A stretch of 64,000 bases of DNA from Bdellovibrionales bacterium (GTDB lineage: Bacteria > Bdellovibrionota > Bdellovibrionia > Bdellovibrionales > UBA1609). The notes beneath the pieces are model-generated. The model saw only the letters and a program-made list of their open reading frames with translations. It had not been told where the DNA came from and ran no database searches. Positions 1 through 10,003 of the stretch are shown one piece after another. A program made the translations under genes and the position numbers. The stretch is from contig OZ241329.1 of the NCBI GenBank assembly GCA_965199825.1, forward strand, positions 1,446,204 to 1,510,203, in the 5' to 3' direction. The first letter of the stretch is position 1, and every line of letters starts with the position of its first letter.

Positions 1-1510
1 GAGGCGGAGCCGCGTGTTTGGGATCGCGTCGTTGTTGAGGTCCGCGTTGGGGTTGTTGCTCTTGAGCGGGGCGTGCATTTTGACGATGCCGTCCCATTTG
101 TCGATCGCGGTGATGTCCCGAACCGGCTTGCGGTTTTTCCTGTGAATCTGCTGATTGGGGTCGAGCAGGGCGTGGTGGTCGACGATCTTGTTGCCGTGCA
201 GGAGGGCGTCCTCGGTCTGGACCGCTTCGTTGTTGTGGCTTTTTGCTTCGTGGACCTTGGGATTGTGAATCCACTTCGTATTCATTTGGAAATGCTTGAA
301 AGTCTTTGAGTAAGTCCGACGACTCAAGCCAACCCGTTTCGACTTTATGTCCAAGGTAAGTTTCAACCCGCGATAAGGCATCCACATCGCGATCGCTCAC
401 CAAACTAAATGCTCGCCCGGTTTGACCCGCGCGGCCAGTACGACCAATACGGTGAACATAATTTTCGGGATCGTCGGGTAAATCATAATTGATGACCATA
501 TCGACACCCAAAATATCTAAACCTCGAGCGGCGAGATCAGTGGCAATCAAAATATTGCTTTCGTTTTCGGCCTTAAACTGCGCAATCACTCGGGCTCTTT
601 GGGCCTGAGTGAGCAAACTTGAAATTCCCATTGCAGGCAAATTATTGCGATTTAAAAAGACCGCGATGCGCTCGACATTTCTTTTAAAATTTGAAAACAC
701 AATAATTTGTCTGGGTTTGTGTTTTTTGATGAGCGACAAAAGATGCATTGGTTTTTCGGATTGGCCCACATGAAAAAGTTCATCTTTCACATTTTCGGCT
801 TTAGCCTGATCTTTACTAATATTGATTTCGACGGGGTCAGCGCCAAACTCGTAAGCCGTATTTAAAACATCAAAATTCATGGTCGCACTAAAAACTAAAA
901 ACTGACGCTCTCGAGGAATACGCTTTAAAATAAACTTCATGTCATCTTTAAAGCCCATATCGAACATGCGATCGGCTTCATCAAAAACCACACCGCGAAC
1001 TTGTCGAAGATCAACCAAATGTTCTTTGAATAAATCAATCAATCGCCCAGGTGTCGCAATCACAAATTCAACACCATCAGCAAATGCTTTTTTTTGTACT
1101 TCGTAAGAAGTCCCGCCATAAACAGAAACCGCAGACAGTGATGTGCCGTCTAGAAGTTGTTGCGCATTGGTGAACACTTGCTCGGCAAGCTCACGTGTCG
1201 GAACCAAAATCAAAATAAATTGACGCTTTTTCCAATCCGTAAACTGACGCTCTAAACTTTTCGCACCTTCGTGTTCAGGTGCATTGGGCTCACCGGCTGG
1301 GGTGGGTTCCATTCCGCGGAGCACACGATCAATCAATGGCAATAGAAAGGCCGCGGTTTTTCCGGTGCCCGTTTGAGCGAGCCCCGCCACGTCACGTCCC
1401 ATTAACAGCGCGGGAATAGCTTGCGACTGTATAGGAGTGCATTCTGAGAAATTCATTTTTGCCAGAGTAGATAAAAGATGGGGATGCAGTTCTAATTCAG
1501 AAAATTTCAC
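1..1510 (-). CDS. DEAD-box RNA helicase (RhlB/RhlE-like), 3' end runs off the window
   Basis: Absent from the ORF track. Manual translation from GTG 1510 gives MKFSELELHP..TPIQ..AQTGTGKT..VFDEADRMF..YVHRIGRTGRAG, then a low-complexity tail toward position 1. Confidence 0.93.
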   Translation of the reverse strand, partial: MKFSELELHPHLLSTLAKMNFSECTPIQSQAIPALLMGRDVAGLAQTGTGKTAAFLLPLIDRVLRGMEPTPAGEPNAPEHEGAKSLERQFTDWKKRQFILILVPTRELAEQVFTNAQQLLDGTSLSAVSVYGGTSYEVQKKAFADGVEFVIATPGRLIDLFKEHLVDLRQVRGVVFDEADRMFDMGFKDDMKFILKRIPRERQFLVFSATMNFDVLNTAYEFGADPVEINISKDQAKAENVKDELFHVGQSEKPMHLLSLIKKHKPRQIIVFSNFKRNVERIAVFLNRNNLPAMGISSLLTQAQRARVIAQFKAENESNILIATDLAARGLDILGVDMVINYDLPDDPENYVHRIGRTGRAGQTGRAFSLVSDRDVDALSRVETYLGHKVETGWLESSDLLKDFQAFPNEYEVDSQSQGPRSKKPQQRSGPDRGRPPARQQDRRPPRPARPQSADSQEKPQAGSGHHRDRQMGRHRQNARPAQEQQPQRGPQQRRDPKHAAPP

Positions 1511-1559
1511 TTCAAACCTGGGTGATCGAGTTGACACAAATAGTCACGTAGTGGAAACA

Positions 1560-2408
1560 TTAAACTATCCTCTCTTTAAGATCAACGGTTAGAAATTCTA
1601 GAGTCACCTTTTTAAAAAGATCGGGCTGATCAAAGTGGACCCAGTGACCCGAATCGGGGATTTCGACGCCTCTTGAACGTGGGTTACTGTTAAGCATTCT
1701 GTCAAAATCAGCCCTTGGTAAATCTGGCGAATTTTCGCCACGAATCACGAGTGACGGTATTTTGAGGGATTCCCATTCTTGCCAACGATCGTGTCGATTT
1801 CCCTCGGCAATGGTTTCAAGAATTCCCTCGAGTGAAAATCGCCAATGAGCCCCGGTTTCAGATTCAACAATATTCATGTAAAAAAAGTTGGCCATCGCGA
1901 GAGCCTGTTTGGCTGTTGAAAAGTTTTTTTGAAACTCGCCAAATAAATAATTTTTGGCGGCCTCGCGATTGGCAAAGGGCACAGGCACACTGCGAATCCA
2001 TTTTTCGATTGTGCCACTACTAGAGGCATTGATTCCGGGGGTGATGTCCTCGATGACTAAGCGCCGAACTTGTTTGGGATAGAGTGATGAAAAAACTAAC
2101 GCGACTCGTGCACCCATTGAATGACCGATAATATCGATTTCGGTCCATTTTAATTCATCCAAGATCAATTTTAAATCGCGGGCGTAATTTTCGTAAGTAT
2201 AAGGAGAATAAAGGTGGGCGGAGTATCCGTGGCCGCGCTGATCATAGGTTAAGACCTCAAATTGGGGCTCAAAAGCACCCTTAATGCGACTCCAGTTCAT
2301 GAGCGATCCCATGATTCCATGAAGAAGCACCAGTTTCTTTCCTTGCGCCTGCCCCGAAATTTGGTAGTTAAATTGGTTTGAAACAATCACCGGGTGTATC
2401 AACCTCAT
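1560..2408 (-). CDS. Alpha/beta hydrolase (YbfF-like esterase)
   Basis: LLHG, DQRGHG, GHSMG nucleophile elbow, GHWVH. Start uncertain because it abuts the pcnB start. Confidence 0.88.
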   Translation of the reverse strand: MRLIHPVIVSNQFNYQISGQAQGKKLVLLHGIMGSLMNWSRIKGAFEPQFEVLTYDQRGHGYSAHLYSPYTYENYARDLKLILDELKWTEIDIIGHSMGARVALVFSSLYPKQVRRLVIEDITPGINASSSGTIEKWIRSVPVPFANREAAKNYLFGEFQKNFSTAKQALAMANFFYMNIVESETGAHWRFSLEGILETIAEGNRHDRWQEWESLKIPSLVIRGENSPDLPRADFDRMLNSNPRSRGVEIPDSGHWVHFDQPDLFKKVTLEFLTVDLKERIV

Positions 2409-3648
2409 GACTCAACAGCTTGAGCTGCCAGCAAAACTTTTAGATTCACATGCAGTTGGCATTGTTAAGGCTCTTCAAAAGGCAGGTCACACGACCTTCC
2501 TCGTAGGCGGATGTGTACGAGATTTACTTGTAGGCCTCAAGCCAAAAGATTTCGACATCGGCACCTCGGCCCAGCCCGAACAAGTACGAAAAATCATTTA
2601 TCGCTCCTATGTTATCGGCAAACGATTTCGGTTGGTGCTGATCAGAAGAGACGATCAGCAGTATGAGGTGGCCACCTTTCGCCGTGAAGTCTCGGCCGAA
2701 GACGTGCGGATTTCTGCGGCCGAAAACTCCGAAATTCCAAAGGGCGATAATTTTTTTGGAACTCCACAAGAGGATGCCTGCCGCAGAGATTTCACTATTA
2801 ATGCTTTGTTTTATGATCCGGTTAAAAAAATTTTGATCGACTACTGTTCTGGAATGGCCGATCTCGATGCCCGATTGATCAGGATCATTGGTGACCCTGT
2901 GACCCGCTTAAAGGAAGATCCCATTCGAATTTTGCGTGGAGTGCGACTAGCGCATAAACTCGGATTTTCGATCGAGTCTCAGTTGCGCTCGGCAATGATC
3001 GAGACCGCATCGACTTTACAAACCACAGTGCTCCCAAGGCGGCGGGAGGAGATCTTAAAAATCTTACGGCTCGATGATCCGGCGCTTACTTTTTTAGAGT
3101 TGTATGATTTAGGAATTCTCGAATCCATTTTGCCCGGGCTTTCGCCAATATTTGCCGATCCAGAAAAGCAAAAAATCTTTTTGCATTATATGGGGCAATT
3201 TCATGAACGCTCGCTCGATCTTGCAAGTCCCTTAGAACTTTTTGGAACACTGCTGCTTGCGGTCTTGCGCTCGAGATTTGACGGCAATGACCGCACCCAT
3301 TTGAATGATAAAGAAATGATCAAATTGATGCGTGATGAACTTGGAATGTTCAAATACGAACAAGCCCTGTTTGGTAAATCTCTCCAGCTGCAGTCGATTA
3401 TGAAAAAAAAGCGTGACTTCGAAAAACGTGGGCCACGCCGACGTCAGGCGGTTGTTGGAACTGAGGCTTTTAAACTGGCATTGCAATTGGCCGAACGCGA
3501 TTATTGGCTCACAGCCGAAGAGTTGCATTTTTGGCGGAACGAAGCCCTCATTGCTCCCGAGGTCGAAGAGGAAGACCAACGGCCAAGACGGCGTCGTCGA
3601 AGACGATTTACAAAATCCTCAACACCTGTACAAAACGATCAAGAATAG
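2407..3648 (+). CDS. pcnB: Poly(A) polymerase I
   Basis: VGGCVRD, KDFDI, RRDFTINAL, EDPIR, the PAP-specific signature VIGKRFRLV and an Arg-rich C-tail. Confidence 0.88.
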   Translation: MTQQLELPAKLLDSHAVGIVKALQKAGHTTFLVGGCVRDLLVGLKPKDFDIGTSAQPEQVRKIIYRSYVIGKRFRLVLIRRDDQQYEVATFRREVSAEDVRISAAENSEIPKGDNFFGTPQEDACRRDFTINALFYDPVKKILIDYCSGMADLDARLIRIIGDPVTRLKEDPIRILRGVRLAHKLGFSIESQLRSAMIETASTLQTTVLPRRREEILKILRLDDPALTFLELYDLGILESILPGLSPIFADPEKQKIFLHYMGQFHERSLDLASPLELFGTLLLAVLRSRFDGNDRTHLNDKEMIKLMRDELGMFKYEQALFGKSLQLQSIMKKKRDFEKRGPRRRQAVVGTEAFKLALQLAERDYWLTAEELHFWRNEALIAPEVEEEDQRPRRRRRRRFTKSSTPVQNDQE

Positions 3649-3675
3649 GTATAGATAGCTTTTTTGGAGGTACTT

Positions 3676-3921
3676 GTGGGCGGCATGTCGATTTGGCATT
3701 TAATGATTATCGCGTTTATTTTACTTATGATTTTTGGGCCTAACCGCGTGGGCGAAATGGGCGGCTCGTTGGGTAAAGCGATTCGTAATTTCAAAAAAGG
3801 AATTGAGGGAGTCGATGAGATCGACGTGACTCATACCAATCGTAAAGATCAGCTCCCCAATGCGGCTCCGCCACCTCCGGCACAGCCCACACATGATTCA
3901 ACAACTAATAAACAAGTTTAG
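3676..3921 (+). CDS. tatA: Twin-arginine translocase TatA/E subunit
   Basis: N-terminal TM helix, FG hinge, amphipathic helix LGKAIRNFKKG. GGAGG RBS precedes GTG 3676. Confidence 0.92.
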   Translation: MGGMSIWHLMIIAFILLMIFGPNRVGEMGGSLGKAIRNFKKGIEGVDEIDVTHTNRKDQLPNAAPPPPAQPTHDSTTNKQV

Positions 3922-5915
3922 AAGAATGAGTTTGCGGCGTTAACAATCGCCTGGGCATCCATTTCGTGAAGCCTATAAAGTTCTGAAGCTTTATAGGCAC
4001 TCCGACCAAATTGATCTCGAACTCCCAGTAATTTAAAATTCGAAATTTGAACTCCCGCTTGCAAAAGTTCGGGCACCAAAAAAGCTGCGGCACCCCCGCG
4101 TGATTGATGATCCTCAATTGTGATCAGTCGTCCTTGGCTTTTTTCGAGAGCATTTTTTAATGTTTTAATATCTGGGCGGTTTAAGGCCGAAAGATTAATT
4201 ACGGTTGCACCAATTCCTTGTGACTCAAGTTCTTGTGCCGCTTTGATCGCCTCAGAAGCCAGCGATCCCGCCACAGCCAATGTGATTTTTTTGGGCTGCT
4301 GAGAATCAAATAAAATTTGGGCTCGCCCAAGCTCATAAACAGTTTGTGTATATTGGGGCGGAAAATCCTCTCGACCTAAGAAGAACACAAAAGAGGGAGG
4401 GGTCTTTCCCGCAGCTCGGTCACGATGAAATCGATCAATCGCTTGACCCACCAAAGCTTCGGCCTCTTGACTACATGTTAGGGCAAATACCTCGGTGTGA
4501 GGAATACTTCCAACTTGAGAGAGATAAGACAGCGCTTGATGAGAGGCTCCGTCGGCCGCATCTTGAAATCCAGTATGCGAAAAAATCGCAATAATTGGCG
4601 CTTGCGATAGGGCAGCCATTGTTAACGGAAGAGCTCCCTTGGTCACACCAAATTGGGCAAAGGTGTCGACCACTGGAATAAATCCTTGTTTTGAAAATCC
4701 AGCCGCAATGCTGACCATATTCGATTCGGCCACACCAACATCAATGACCGCTTCAGAATATTTTTTTTGAAATTCTAAAACACCAGTCGAGCCGGGCAAA
4801 TCTGCGGTGATCGAAACTACAGGAAAACCTTTTTTCTTACGCTCGATCATTGCTTTGGCAACGCCCACCTGAATTTTTTCTTTGTGAGGAGCATCGGTTG
4901 GTTTTGGCAATTGAGCCCGACGCTCGCCTTCGGCTTCAAGTTCTTTAAGCCATGGAATGAAAATATCGGGAATGTCGTGAGTGCCATAAATTTCTTGAAC
5001 AAAGGCGCGGCACTCTTTGGTGTCTTTTAGCGGAAAACCATGTCCGCCCGATGCAGCTTCTTGACAGGCTTTGATGCCGTAACCCTTAATGGTTTTTGCG
5101 TGAATGGCCACCGGTTTTGAAGGATTTTTTCGTGCAAGCTCAAGTGCGGTTTGAAAAGTCTCGGCGCAACTTTGTAGGCTGTGTCCGTTTGCGAGCGACA
5201 ACACTTCCCAGCCCATCACTTTAAGTGCTTCAAAGGTTGGCTCCATCGAAAATGAATCTTTATCGATGCGGCCGGTAAGCTTGGTGTTGTTGTCTGAAAT
5301 AATCATCACAAATGGATTAACTTTTTCGCGTGCGGCTAAGCCCGGAAGTGATGCCAAAGCTTCGCGCGCTTCGCCTTCCATCAAACCACCATCAGAAACG
5401 GTAATCACGGTCACTCGATCACTGCGGCCCATGCGGTCAGCAAGTGCCAAACCCTCGGCCTGGGGAAGGGTTGATCCCAAAGGACCATTACTTAAGTAAA
5501 CGCCCTGAGGAAACAAATGACTTTCACCATGACCGGTCAAACGACTTTGTACCGAGCGAAATGATTTAAGCTCTTTGATTGTCACACCCGCATGACCATA
5601 AAGGGCTTTAAGCGCATAAATCCCATTTTCACAGTGGCCGGCATCGTTCACCATATGAAACAGCTCGTGCCAGGGCCGCGCTTTTAATTCGGACTCATGA
5701 AAAACAATTCCCCATGCGGATGCCGAAAGCTCGGCAAAACCGGAAGGACCACCAAAATGTGAAGCCGCACCACCAAGCACCGCTTGCATATCCATCAATG
5801 CAATCAATGCGCGAATCGCACGTGGATCAGCCACTTCGAGATTTTTGCCAGATTTGAGAACAACAGTCTGGCTCAGCTGCGGCTTATGGGGAGGGTTGCC
5901 TGCAAGTTGTGACAT
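3918..5915 (-). CDS. tkt: Transketolase family protein (single chain)
   Basis: SH..G, GHCE, LTGHGE, GPLG, TPP motif SDGGLMEG..DNN, GVAE, DGASHQ. Confidence 0.85.
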   Translation of the reverse strand: MSQLAGNPPHKPQLSQTVVLKSGKNLEVADPRAIRALIALMDMQAVLGGAASHFGGPSGFAELSASAWGIVFHESELKARPWHELFHMVNDAGHCENGIYALKALYGHAGVTIKELKSFRSVQSRLTGHGESHLFPQGVYLSNGPLGSTLPQAEGLALADRMGRSDRVTVITVSDGGLMEGEAREALASLPGLAAREKVNPFVMIISDNNTKLTGRIDKDSFSMEPTFEALKVMGWEVLSLANGHSLQSCAETFQTALELARKNPSKPVAIHAKTIKGYGIKACQEAASGGHGFPLKDTKECRAFVQEIYGTHDIPDIFIPWLKELEAEGERRAQLPKPTDAPHKEKIQVGVAKAMIERKKKGFPVVSITADLPGSTGVLEFQKKYSEAVIDVGVAESNMVSIAAGFSKQGFIPVVDTFAQFGVTKGALPLTMAALSQAPIIAIFSHTGFQDAADGASHQALSYLSQVGSIPHTEVFALTCSQEAEALVGQAIDRFHRDRAAGKTPPSFVFFLGREDFPPQYTQTVYELGRAQILFDSQQPKKITLAVAGSLASEAIKAAQELESQGIGATVINLSALNRPDIKTLKNALEKSQGRLITIEDHQSRGGAAAFLVPELLQAGVQISNFKLLGVRDQFGRSAYKASELYRLHEMDAQAIVNAANSFF

Positions 5916-5969
5916 ATAAAAGGCATCTATCCTTCATTTAGATTTTGCGTCAACCACCTAACATTCTAT

Positions 5970-6977
5970 ATGCTTCGCTGCATGAGAGTTGATTTACATC
6001 GCCATCTTGAATTGTCGTTGCGCCAAAGTACAATCCGCGAACTTGCCCCTTCTTTTGGGATCCAAATCTCAAATGACAAAGAGTTTGCCGAACGGTTTTT
6101 AATTACCGAACCGATGAAGGATTTAGGCGCGGTCTTAAATAAATTTCTTGATACCCAAAAACTTTTAGCGTCTGAGGAAATTTTAGAACGCATCGCTTTT
6201 GAAGCTTGCGAGGATGCGTTTTTAAAAGAACAGATTCGGATTCTTGAGCTCAGATATTCTCTGACATTTATCAAACAGGGTCATGATCTCAGCTTCGAAC
6301 AAATCCAAAAATCAATCGTGCGCGGAGTCCATCGAGCCGAAAATCTTTATCCCATTGCGGTTGGTTTGATCTGCATCATCCAGCGAATTTTGCCGGTGAA
6401 AGAAGCAGAATATGTCACCGACTTTGCAATTGAACATAAGGAAAGTTTTTTAGCACTCGATCTCGCCGACAACGAATTGGGATTTGATTCCAAACCCTTT
6501 TCTAAATTTTTTGTTAAAGCAAAAAAAGCGGGAATGAAAATCACAGTTCATAGCGGCGAAGCAAACGTTGAAGGTGCCGCCCAATATGTGGTTGATGCCA
6601 TTGAACACCTCGGTGCTGATCGCATTGGACACGGTGTTCAGGTTTACAAAAATCTTGAAGCAATGAGATTTGTGCGCGACCGAAAAATTCCATTGGAGCT
6701 CTGTATTACGAGCAATGTTTTGACCCAAGCGGTGCCAACATTTGCTGATCATCCATTCAAAAAATTGTCTGATTTTGGAATTATCACAACACTGAATACC
6801 GATGATCCCGGAATATTTAACACGGATCTCAATCGAGAAATTGAGGTTGCAAAAAAGTACCTCAATGTGACAGACGACGAGATAAGAAAAAGTTTTGATC
6901 GTGGTGCCGAAGTGAGCTTTATTTCCCTCGAGAAACGTCAAAAAGTTTGGCCAAAATCAATTCAATCGAACTCATAG
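5970..6977 (+). CDS. add: Adenosine deaminase
   Basis: DLHRHL, VHSGE, RIGHG, ELCITSN, NTDDP. Confidence 0.92.
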   Translation: MLRCMRVDLHRHLELSLRQSTIRELAPSFGIQISNDKEFAERFLITEPMKDLGAVLNKFLDTQKLLASEEILERIAFEACEDAFLKEQIRILELRYSLTFIKQGHDLSFEQIQKSIVRGVHRAENLYPIAVGLICIIQRILPVKEAEYVTDFAIEHKESFLALDLADNELGFDSKPFSKFFVKAKKAGMKITVHSGEANVEGAAQYVVDAIEHLGADRIGHGVQVYKNLEAMRFVRDRKIPLELCITSNVLTQAVPTFADHPFKKLSDFGIITTLNTDDPGIFNTDLNREIEVAKKYLNVTDDEIRKSFDRGAEVSFISLEKRQKVWPKSIQSNS

Positions 6978-7181
6978 CAATGATATTTAGTTGTGATTTT
7001 TTCCACGTCTGCGAATTGAAACTGTGGCCAAAAAGAACCAACTTCTTTTTTCAAGCATTACGCTTCCAGTCCAGAAAGTAATTGTAGATGTTGAAACTTT
7101 ATTAAAATCGCAATAATTCAATATGTGAGGTACAAAAGTCTTAAAAGGTTTTCGAACAGTAAATAATAACAAGGAGTTTCT

Positions 7182-8045
7182 ATGAAACAAATTTCTCTCG
7201 CGATCGCTGCACTCGGCTTTGTTGCTAGTGCGCACGCTGCCCCACTACGCACTCAGTATTTCTTCCAAGCTGATGCTGATAAAAACGTTGCACAAGCCGC
7301 TTTTGGTTATGGCAATTCAAGCTTCAAAGACCCTGTTGGTAACAAAACAGAAGAAGCTGGTTCTTTAAGACTGAACTTGAACTACGAACGTGGCGTGAAT
7401 GATAAGATGGCCGTTGGAATTTTGGTTCCTTGGTTAATCAGTGGAAAAATAAAAGTTACAGGTCAACCTGATCGTGATCATAACGGTGTTGGAGATATTG
7501 TTATATATGCTAAAGGCACAGCCGCTCTAAATGACAATCAAAATTTTCAGTATGGTTTGGGACTCTCATACAGCCTCACAGATCCTACTACGAACTCAAC
7601 TCGCGTTGATGCTCAAGACGGTCGTATCTCGTTCATTCCATATATTGGTTATGTTGCAAGCGTAAGCGGCAACCTCAATCTTGGAGCAAAATTGTCGTAC
7701 AATGTTGCGGTCAACACTCCTAAAGTTAAAAATGACATGGGAACTTTTGATCATAAAGGCAAAGATGTAACTACTTTTTCAGTATTTGGTGAAGTGCCAT
7801 TTATGACTGGTGTTGCAGGATTAGAAATCGCTTACCGTGCGGTGAACTCAACTAAAAACGAAACCGGAACACTGAATGGCGATGGGATCAACTGGCTTGA
7901 CCTCAACATTTATGGAACAGTTTTGCTTGATGAATCATGGACTTTGATTCCAACAGTTGGTTATTCCAATGCTCAAAATGGAAGTGCTGCAGTTGATAGC
8001 GGAACAGACCTGCATGTTGCAGTTGCTGCTCGTTACACTTTCTAA
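7182..8045 (+). CDS. Outer-membrane beta-barrel protein
   Basis: Signal peptide ending AHA, alternating amphipathic strands, C-terminal RYTF, AAGGAG RBS. Confidence 0.8.
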   Translation: MKQISLAIAALGFVASAHAAPLRTQYFFQADADKNVAQAAFGYGNSSFKDPVGNKTEEAGSLRLNLNYERGVNDKMAVGILVPWLISGKIKVTGQPDRDHNGVGDIVIYAKGTAALNDNQNFQYGLGLSYSLTDPTTNSTRVDAQDGRISFIPYIGYVASVSGNLNLGAKLSYNVAVNTPKVKNDMGTFDHKGKDVTTFSVFGEVPFMTGVAGLEIAYRAVNSTKNETGTLNGDGINWLDLNIYGTVLLDESWTLIPTVGYSNAQNGSAAVDSGTDLHVAVAARYTF

Positions 8046-8071
8046 ATCTTAAATTAAAATTTAAGTTTGAT

Positions 8072-8102
8072 AAAACGGAAGGGAAACCTTCCGTTTTTTT
8101 TT
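8072..8102. terminator. Intrinsic terminator, probably bidirectional
   Basis: AAAACGGAAGG-GAAA-CCTTCCGTTTT followed by a T run, between convergent genes. Confidence 0.9.
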
Positions 8103-8730
8103 ATTCTATCACTCGTCCGTTTTTTATTTTTACAACGTGGTCGGCGAGTTGCTTTACGTCTTCCGGATCGTGAGTGACGAAATAAGTCGGAATGTTTTGC
8201 TGTTGCACCACTTGTTTGACCAATAAGCGTGCGCTCACACGCAACTCAGTATCTAGCGATGAAAAGGGCTCATCCATCAGCAGCACTCGAGGCTGACCAA
8301 TTAAGGCGCGGGCAATCGCCACTCGTTGACGTTCACCACCTGATAAAGCTGAACTGCTTTTGTTGAGTAAAGATTGCGACAATTCCAAAGATTCTGACAA
8401 TTTTTTAAGTGGCAATTGATAGGGAATTTTTCGTGCTTCGGCGGCGAACTGGATATTTTCGAGCGCTGTCATATTTGGAAATAGATCATAGCTTTGAAAC
8501 ACCACTCCTAGTCGACGTTGTGGGGGCGAAAGCTGATTGAGATCCATACCGTTCACTTCCCAAATCATGCCAGGGCAAGAATCCAAGCCCATCAACACTC
8601 GAAAAAGCGAAGACTTGCCAGAACCGGAAGGACCTAAAAAGGCGGTGATTCCTTGGTCAGCGAGTGCTAGAAAATCGATATTGAGAACGAAATCTCCGTA
8701 ATCAACTTTTAAATTTTTTATGAATCCCAT
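8101..8730 (-). CDS. thiQ: ABC transporter ATP-binding subunit (thiamine type)
   Basis: GPSGSGKS, LSGGERQR, LLMDEP, VTHD. Lies downstream of thiB/thiP. Likely start ATG 8730. Confidence 0.75.
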   Translation of the reverse strand: MGFIKNLKVDYGDFVLNIDFLALADQGITAFLGPSGSGKSSLFRVLMGLDSCPGMIWEVNGMDLNQLSPPQRRLGVVFQSYDLFPNMTALENIQFAAEARKIPYQLPLKKLSESLELSQSLLNKSSSALSGGERQRVAIARALIGQPRVLLMDEPFSSLDTELRVSARLLVKQVVQQQNIPTYFVTHDPEDVKQLADHVVKIKNGRVIE

Positions 8731-10003
8731 ATCCAATTCCCAAAAATAAAAAATAACAACACATCGAAATGGCAATAAGGATCAGCATCAACAGTGTTGC
8801 TAGATCAAGCCGATAAAGTGACAAAAGGTTTTGTATCGCCACGGGAAGAGTCCATTCGCTGTCGCTCAAAATTGCGCTGATCGAAAAATCGCTACATCCA
8901 AAAAGGCTTGCAAGTCCTGCTGCCCGAAACAAAGAAGGCAAAAGTTGCGGAGCGGTGATTTTTTTAAAAATTTGAATGTTTGAAGCACCAAGTAGCCGAG
9001 CATTTGACCACTGGTTTCTAAGACCAACTCCATGACTAAATACAATCCATTTAAATACAAAAGGTGTCAGCAATAAAATTAGGCCTATTGCAGTTTTTAA
9101 AAAAACATCAAGCTCCAGATTAATCGCCAAAAGTGCAATAAGAGCCGCACTCGGGAAATGAAGGGTGAGAATAAATGTTTGAACTCTTTGGTAGGGTAAA
9201 AAAAGAGCTATCACGCAGCTCAAAAATAGAACTCCACCTCCGGTGACTAGACCGAGCTCAACAGAGCTTCTAACAAACCCAAAAAGTGGAAACTGGTTAA
9301 AGCCTCTCGGTGTAAGAGTAAAGGGAATCAATAAACCAATGATTAAGAATAAAATTGGAATTAAGGCCACAATTGAAAGAAAGGGAAAGCAAAAGAGTTT
9401 GAGGTTCACCGGAATTGTTTTTGCTGTTGAGTAATTCAGTCGGCTGAGAAAGTAGCTTAAAAAAAGAAGTGCAGTGATTTCGATTGCTGCAAAATTCCAC
9501 GCGGTAGGGATTGAGATTCTTAATGTTGATGCAATCAACAATTCGAGAGTTTCAAATCCAAAAATTGTGGGAACTGTATAGCTGGTAAAGCTCACCAAAA
9601 AAATCAGAGCCCAAAGATAGGTAAGATCTTTTTTAAAGACCAAAAAGATTGTTTTTAAAAGTTGCTTGGAGGTTGCACCTTCAAGGAACGCCAGCTCAAG
9701 GCTTTGGCCAAGATGGGTGGAAATTAAATTTTTGATCGCTACTGCAACAAATCCTAAATTCATAAAACTATGCATCACAACCACCGCACCTAATCCCTGA
9801 AGTGGATAAAAATTGAGGCCTGCCGAAACCAGATATAAGGGAGGTAAAAATGCCGGCAGGATAAGAATGGGTTCGATCCATTTTGGATATTGCCGAAAGC
9901 TCATCAATCCTATAGTTGCAAGGCCGGCTAACAAAAGTGTCAGTGTCGCGCTGAATAGGGATTGCGCAAAAGTATTGACGATCACGCCAAGCGTGCTCGT
10001 CAT
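8702..10003 (-). CDS. thiP: ABC transporter permease (ThiP/FbpB-like, duplicated)
   Basis: Many TM segments and two EAA-like loops (ELAFLEGA, NARLLGA). Sits between the binding protein and the ATPase. Confidence 0.72.
   Translation of the reverse strand: MTSTLGVIVNTFAQSLFSATLTLLLAGLATIGLMSFRQYPKWIEPILILPAFLPPLYLVSAGLNFYPLQGLGAVVVMHSFMNLGFVAVAIKNLISTHLGQSLELAFLEGATSKQLLKTIFLVFKKDLTYLWALIFLVSFTSYTVPTIFGFETLELLIASTLRISIPTAWNFAAIEITALLFLSYFLSRLNYSTAKTIPVNLKLFCFPFLSIVALIPILFLIIGLLIPFTLTPRGFNQFPLFGFVRSSVELGLVTGGGVLFLSCVIALFLPYQRVQTFILTLHFPSAALIALLAINLELDVFLKTAIGLILLLTPFVFKWIVFSHGVGLRNQWSNARLLGASNIQIFKKITAPQLLPSLFRAAGLASLFGCSDFSISAILSDSEWTLPVAIQNLLSLYRLDLATLLMLILIAISMCCYFLFLGIGYGIHKKFKS

Noticed and set aside
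73-309. 78-aa plus-strand ORF and GC-richer left edge
   Set aside because: It is antisense to the low-complexity C-terminal tail of the DEAD-box helicase.
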